DNA of 62,909 nucleotides, filler included, from Globobulimina sp. (lineage: Eukaryota), in NCBI GenBank assembly GCA_003354225.1. It is 19 parts of 19 records of this genome, joined end to end, with 100 filler letters (N's around TTAATTAATTAA, not from the genome) between each part and the next. Parts side by side here need not be neighbours in the genome. Positions count along the whole stretch, not along the records: positions 56,384 to 59,596 come from PIVH01003403.1; positions 59,697 to 62,909 come from PIVH01003404.1; 17 more parts are not named here. One strand, 5' to 3'. Below, one piece after another: positions 56,384-62,909 of the stretch. Within the stretch, counting starts at the first letter, position 1, and each line of letters begins with the position of its first letter. The position numbers and the translations under genes are program-made. The notes beneath the pieces were generated by a model. That model did no database searches and was not told the origin of the DNA. It saw only the letters and a program-made list of their open reading frames with translations.

Positions 56384-59300
56384 AATTATTTGTGTCATAT
56401 CCAACACCAAAGCGAGAGTACACCCGGACCCCCAATTTTTAATTTTATTTAGTATTTGTTTGCAAATATGTGCTATATTATGAACTAATGAGTGTTTACT
56501 GCGGTTTGTGGATTGCAAAACAATCAGAAATATTTCTGGTAATATTATATGATCAATACCTTTGCAAACGGTTTCAATCATATACGAATCTGAATATTGC
56601 TGTTGTAAATCAATTAGTTGTTGATTTGTTATCTGTTTACCCACCAAAACATGTAATAATATTAGAATAATGCTGCAATCGTTTGATTCCATGAATGGTT
56701 TCAATGATTGAATAAATGCCATGATGGTCCCGGAATCTCTGAGTTTGAGCAAGTTATTTTCTTCATCTTTGTTATCTTTGTTAAATATTGACACACTTAA
56801 TAATAACACATATAATGCTGTGAATAGATCATGTTTATTATTGCATATTTTGTCGACATATAAAGGGCTTTGTAACAACGACACAATCATTTTTAGTGAA
56901 ATTGTGTGATTTGTTTTATTAATCTCTATATCGAGCAACATTTTTAGCAATAAATTGATTTTTGTTTTTGTTAAAATATTATTCTCGTTTGCATTATCAT
57001 GCAATTGTGAATCGACACTAACTTTCATTCCAATAATAGTATCAACGACTAATTTAATTTGATTTTCGTTATTTGACTGCAATAAACATTTTAATAAATT
57101 AATTGCTGGGTTTAATAAATTGATTGAAAAATCATTGTTGTCGACTTGCGATATAATTTGGTAAACCATACAGCATGAATTTGTTAAATATTTGACCAAT
57201 TTATCCTTTTCTTTATGAATAGTAACTAGATTACAGAGCGATTTGTATAAACATTGATACGTCTCAATTGAAATACTTTTTGTGTTCCATATTTTAACAG
57301 TTTTGTTATCTAAAAACACTGCCTCAAATATAGTACGTTGTAATTTATTTGTAATCATTCCACGTTTACAATGATTGTGAAATCCGCATAATCGAAATAA
57401 TATGGAAACTGTGCTCACATTCGCTAAATGTATCACTTGTTTCAATGAGTACGCAAAAACATGGATGCTGTTACAATACGAACTAACTGCAACTAACGGC
57501 ATTAACAAATTATTAGTACTGCTATTATGGCCATTATTTTCTTCAATCAGTTCACCAATTAATTCTAAAATACGATTCAATGAATATGTCGTTTGTGATG
57601 ATTCGATAATGTTGAATAATAATGGAATTCCACCCATTTCTAACAATGTTGCTGATAATGTTCGACAGCGACACACTGACAAATCACCATACAACTTTAT
57701 AGTTTCTTCGTTTATTAAATTAATTAAATTATTTTTGTTATTTGAGCCTATATTATTTGCCGATAATGAATATATTAAATCAGTGAATGGTTCATCAGCA
57801 TATACCAATCGATCTACATTTAATTTTAATTTTTCATGATATAATTTAGAAATAACGAATGGTTTCAACGCCTTAGCAAACAACTGCAAATTGGATAATT
57901 TCCATTCTGTATTAGAAATTGATAAATCATTTTGATGTCTACCTATGGGAAATATCGCTGATGGGCATAATACCAACGAGGATGACAAATTTATCCATTC
58001 CTTTAATTCCCCATTTAAAAATACATCCAAATATAAACAATTTGATTTATTTAATTTATAACGATGTCGATTATGATTTGAGTTGAACACAAACGTAAAA
58101 CATTGATAGGTTCCAACAGAAATTCCAACTTTTTGTAACGGTATTTTTTGCAAAGAATTACTGTTTCCAATGCAAATTAACATTTCTGTTCCATTTATAA
58201 TACATTCATAATAATTTGTATTGGATGTGTTGAATGTCCATAAACTTATTGGTTTATCCAACATTGTTATCTGCACAAACATATTTAATGTACACTCCAT
58301 ATCACATCCTTTCAATTCGAAATACGAATAACCGGTATAATTATGTTCAAATTCAATAACTGGTTCGTTGTTTTCATTATGGAGTATCTTCAACAATGTA
58401 TCTGCGATCAATGCATCATATTGGTACCGCTGACGCTTATGACTCGCATTAATTTCAATCTGTTTTTGTGTAATCAAATTTGATATTTTATGCAATGATA
58501 AAATTCTTTTTATATCACTGTTTCTGGAGGCTGTCCCAATTATACTTAATAAAAATATATAATCCGGAATCAGCGAGTATTGTGTCAATATTTTATTTTT
58601 TTTATGGTTATTACCATGCTGCATATGCTTTATATCCGTGTCGGATATTTTAGTCAACCAAACTGCGATGTGATCACACAAAATATTAATGAAATCAACA
58701 GCGGCCAACCTATTACGATTTAAATGGCGTTTCACGAAATTCTGAAATAAACATAATCCAAATTGTTGAAATGTTTGCGGTGATTGAACCAATAAATTCA
58801 ATGCAATCACTGCAAAACGTGGGTAATAAAATTGTCGCGTGATTGGATATTGTAACTGGTACAAGTCCGATGATTGTAAGCTGTAATGATTTAAATCGAT
58901 ACTTAACTTGATATTAAATTGCTGTTCTTTTGTTGTATTTGGTATGAAATCTAAGGAGATCCATAATATCCATTGAAATATAAACTGTTTAAATCTATTT
59001 TTATCGTTACAGCAAGCACATAATGTATTTATTTGTGCGTCAAATTTTTTAATAAATGTTTGAGATTCAAGCAATTTGGAAGAAGTTGTTTGATTTCTGG
59101 ACATTGATAATAATGTTAATATACATTCTTGGACATATATTAATTGTATTTCATCCATATTGTGAGCATTATTTATATTTGCAATGTACGGCTTATTATA
59201 TTTACATTCAAAACAAAATAAAATGGTTTCAAATCCGTCAATAATACAAAATGAATGCTGCGTTTGTTTATATTTTTTGGCGATCAATTGTAAATATTTT

Positions 59301-59596
59301 AAAATGAATATTTTTGATAAAACAGACGTTTCTATATTTTGTAAAATACGATTTAATAAAATAACAATTGCATGACAGTAATAAGAAAATATTGATTTAT
59401 CTTCGTTATCACTATAAAGTGTATCCAATATCGTTGATATGACATTAAATATTTGCGTGTGATATTTTGCTGTTTTTAACAATGATAATAATGTACATAT
59501 TCCATCTAATCCTAATTCAATACAATTAGATGTATGGTATTCGGTGAGCAATGATAAAATATTTAAAATGGATAGCATTTGATGTGTTGCTAATGA
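56384..59596 (-). CDS. Internal fragment of a BEACH-family protein (LYST/neurobeachin-like ARM + ConA-like region)
   Basis: More than 1060-codon Leu/Ile-rich helical frame; ConA-like segment (LDVFLNGELKE...WKLSNLQLF) followed by TLLEMGGIPLLFNIIE. Confidence 0.62.
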
Positions 59597-59696
59597 NNNN
59601 NNNNNNNNNNNNNNNNNNNNNNNNNNNNNNNNNNNNNNNNTTAATTAATTAANNNNNNNNNNNNNNNNNNNNNNNNNNNNNNNNNNNNNNNNNNNN

Positions 59697-59815
59697 ACAT
59701 GAGATTATAGTCCATATTAATATTAATACAATCTCATCGTCTAAATCTTTGAATTTATTTAATGGCGCATCTTTTTTTGTTTTTGTATTACAGAAACACA
59801 TTATAATCGCGATTG
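59697..59815. repeat. 119-bp exact terminal direct repeat (copy at 62791-62909)
   Basis: ACATGAGATTATAGTCC...ATAATCGCGATTG occurs at both contig ends, defining a 3094-bp circular or tandem unit. Confidence 0.97.
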
Positions 59816-60431
59816 CAATGCATAAGATTATCGGCGAGATAATAATGATTAACTGCACAATACATAGGTAAATATATGATGCATTTGTTGTGGCTTCTTG
59901 TTGTAATTGTAATTGTTCCTCAATGCTATTTATATGCATATATCCAAATATTAATAATAAAATAATCGATGCAATATACACAATTAATAAAAACGAATAT
60001 AAAATTTTTGCGTTTCCTGCCGTATTTCTATGGTTAGCAAACCAAATATGATATGGTGATTGTGATTGTGTGGTGGATGCATTGTCAACAAAGCGATTAT
60101 AATATAAAAGCCAGCAACGAATGATTGCAGAATAAAATACTAAGCAATAGGTTGGCAATGTTAAACATAATGCGACAATCGATGGGATGGATGGTATGAG
60201 ATTAAAGGTTGCCAATAAAGTGAACGTCTGTTCAAATAGCAAAAAATAGCATATTACAATCAAATTAATTTTTAATGTCGCAGGTTGCCGTGATTTTAAA
60301 ATGTTTTGATGGATTGATACTTTCATTTTTTTAAAATATAATAATGAATAATAAACGCAAAATGGACAAATAATTAGCCAATTTACGACAATAAAGACTA
60401 CTCCGAGGATTTGAAGTTCGGAATCGGCCAT
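59697..60431 (-). CDS. 7TM-RGS protein, N-terminal TM1-5 part (continues across the circular junction at 62790)
   Basis: ATG at 60431 followed by five hydrophobic helices. The last codons (MCFCNTKTKKDAP...WTIISC) are identical to the start of ORF 61624..62895. Confidence 0.85.
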
Positions 60432-60562
60432 TACTGACAACTGGCGACAAGTGAAAGTGTTTGAAGTTTTTTTTAGAAAATCTTATGGTTAGAAACGTAT
60501 TATGTCAAATTTATACTTTCATAGTATTTTATTAAAATTCACATGTTATTTTTTTTTAATAT

Positions 60563-62909
60563 TTAGTCAACTTCAACTAAATCTTCATTTGCTTTGTTGG
60601 TGTCATCCTCGTCATCCTCCTCATCCTCATCCTCGTCATTGACAATAATAATAAAATAGGATATTTGCATCATGATTTGAATGATTTGAATTGGATTTGC
60701 TTTTTTTTGTTTTTTTTTGTTTCTTAAAATATTTTGGCAAAAACTTGTTTGTATAAATATCCGTTTCATAAAATCTATTCAATGAATCTCTCCTTAAAAC
60801 ACTATATATTTCTTTAGCCGCATCATCAAATATTTGTAATAAATAGACCTTTTCATCCAATTTATCCAACATATCATTGGTATTATTTATATCATGTAAT
60901 TTTAGATATGCTTTTTTTTTCTCTTTACATTTTTCATCTGTTTCACCCAAATATAAATTATCTGCTTCGAAAACGTTATGAAATGATCTCGATTTTTTTA
61001 GTCCGCGAAATCCCTCATCCACGAAAGTCACAGAACTTCTCCTTTTAAATCGAGATAAATCATCCCGTGATAAATGTGAATGATACGAATGATGCGAATC
61101 AATTGACATTTGATCAAATGTAAAAATATTTGATTGCTCTGAATACGAATTTGCAGAACTTGGTCTATTTTTATTTTTGTTTTTATTTTTGCTAAATTGA
61201 ATATTATTGCTATTAAAATATTTTGTCATTATTTTTCTACAATTATATGATATATTTATCTCGGAATCTGAGCCTTGTTCAATATATTTCGTATATAATT
61301 TCATTGCTTTTTTATAAAATGAATGCCAATGATCATTTGTCAATATCTCACTTAATGGAATCTCACAACTTAATTCAATAAACCACCCATATCCCAGCAC
61401 ATATTCATAAGCATATATTAATTTATTCTCATTTCCATGCTCAAATTCAAATTGTTTGACAATTTTGTCTCGATCGCTTACTTTCTTATTGCTTGAAAAT
61501 GGTGAATTTAATACTTGTGCGTGACTTATCCATTGTGTATCATGTAATAAATCCATACAAAATCTTTGTTTAAATTGACAAACTTCAGTCAAAAAACTTA
61601 AATTTTCCGTACTATATTCCCTATTATATATATACAGCATAGTTGTATGTTTGTAATGCGATGCGACAAAAACACATAAAACTAAACTTTGCTAAATGAT
61701 CCATAAACAAATTGTATCCATTCTTAAATAATAATAACTCATGTAATGCTATCTCAATCCGTCTGTTTTTATATTCTTCACATTCAATCTTTCCTTTCTT
61801 TTTTAATATTTTCTTATGTTCCAAATTATCACTTTTTGCTGCATGCGATTTGGATAATTTTAGATCGAAACTTCTATCCTTCCCAAAAGCTTCTAACGTC
61901 TTTGAACATTTAATGACTTCATCATCGACATCATCCGTAATGCTCTCACTGGCACTCATACTCGGCGTGTCATGATCACTTTCATTTTTTTTATGTTTCT
62001 GCAACCTTTTAATGAAATGTTTCCATCGTTTTCCATTTGCATCATCATGCTCCGATTGCATTTTACGAATCTTTGAATAAGCCGCCGAGCATTTGACAAA
62101 GCCTGTCTTCATCCCCGCCATCCCATTCATATTCTCATTATTGCACTGCTCCTTATCCTCAGTGTCGGACAGTGATATCGCATCGAGCTGGAGACATTTA
62201 ACTGATTCACGATTACCACATTCATATAGATCTCGATAAATAAGGCGATCCTCACTAATAATCTCATCATCATCGTCATCGAGAATATGTTTGGATATAT
62301 TTTGATATTTATATTTTTCATCCATCCGTAGGGATTGCCGTTGTTTGGATGATGACAATGTACGCTTTGTATCCAGACTTTGTCGTTTATTTGGTAATAA
62401 ATTGTCAGATTCTGTGTCATGAATAAGATCCTCGTCATCCTCACTCACATCACCAGTCACATGGATAATATTTATATGTTTACCAACATCAGACATTGAA
62501 GGCTGCGGCCGTATTATGGATGAAGTGGATGGAGTGTTACTTTTTCTTTTTTTACCATTGGCAATAGGACAATAATGCCAATCCAATTCATTTAATATGG
62601 ATAATGCTCGCCGGGTTTGTATCAAATGTACAATAAATGTACTTAAAATGACCCAAAATGTATATAATATATAAATGCCGGTAAACTGCGACGTATCATA
62701 GTTCCATAAACAATACACATATTCATACGGATAGCCATAGTATCGAATAATTACTAAATTTGACAAAATTGAAATAATTACACGGAATACACATGAGATT
62801 ATAGTCCATATTAATATTAATACAATCTCATCGTCTAAATCTTTGAATTTATTTAATGGCGCATCTTTTTTTGTTTTTGTATTACAGAAACACATTATAA
62901 TCGCGATTG
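60563..62909 (-). CDS. 7TM-RGS protein, C-terminal part: TM6-7, long linker and RGS domain; intron 61621-61687
   Basis: GYNLFMDHLAK-EYSTENLSFL, LYTKYIEQGSDSEINIS, IFDDAAKEIYSVLRRDSLNRF. The stop is at 60636, or at 60563 if an indel near 60660 is corrected. Confidence 0.87.

Noticed and set aside
3222-59696. Regularly spaced TTAATTAATTAA motif every ~3.3 kb, and ORFs ending in X...LIN
   Set aside because: Artificial linker between size-sorted contigs; not a biological repeat or array.

Overview
This window is not one locus. It is 19 unrelated, size-sorted contigs of 3213-3221 bp, joined by artificial 100-bp linkers (44 N + TTAATTAATTAA + 44 N), so neighbouring contigs carry no linkage information. 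The DNA is mostly AT-rich eukaryotic sequence with short GT-AG introns and very compact intergenic spacing. The gene families suggest a foraminiferan or other rhizarian protist (inference). Recognisable genes include a PI3-kinase, a CAMK-type kinase, RBMX2, aspartylglucosaminidase, GT60 and GT64 glycosyltransferases, a macrodomain protein, a BPNT1-like phosphatase, TOG, BEACH-family, Kelch and TSP3 proteins, and an inverted pair of tRNA-Ala(CGC) genes. There is also an intact-looking LINE with RNase H and the LTR region of a Gypsy-like element. Two contig ends carry prokaryotic fragments, which are probably chimeras. The most interesting signals are: (1) a spliced pro-tyrosinase fused to a pro-matrix-metalloprotease, possibly a self-activating zymogen pair; (2) a circularly permuted 3094-bp unit holding exactly one intron-containing 7TM-RGS gene; (3) a PHD-finger + ALKBH5-like dioxygenase with an adjacent in-frame, internally deleted mini-copy; (4) fold-back hairpins in the longer introns, several with G-U pairs; (5) a PH domain inserted into an ADP-ribosyltransferase-like protein. 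All family assignments come from motif recognition by eye; no searches were run.
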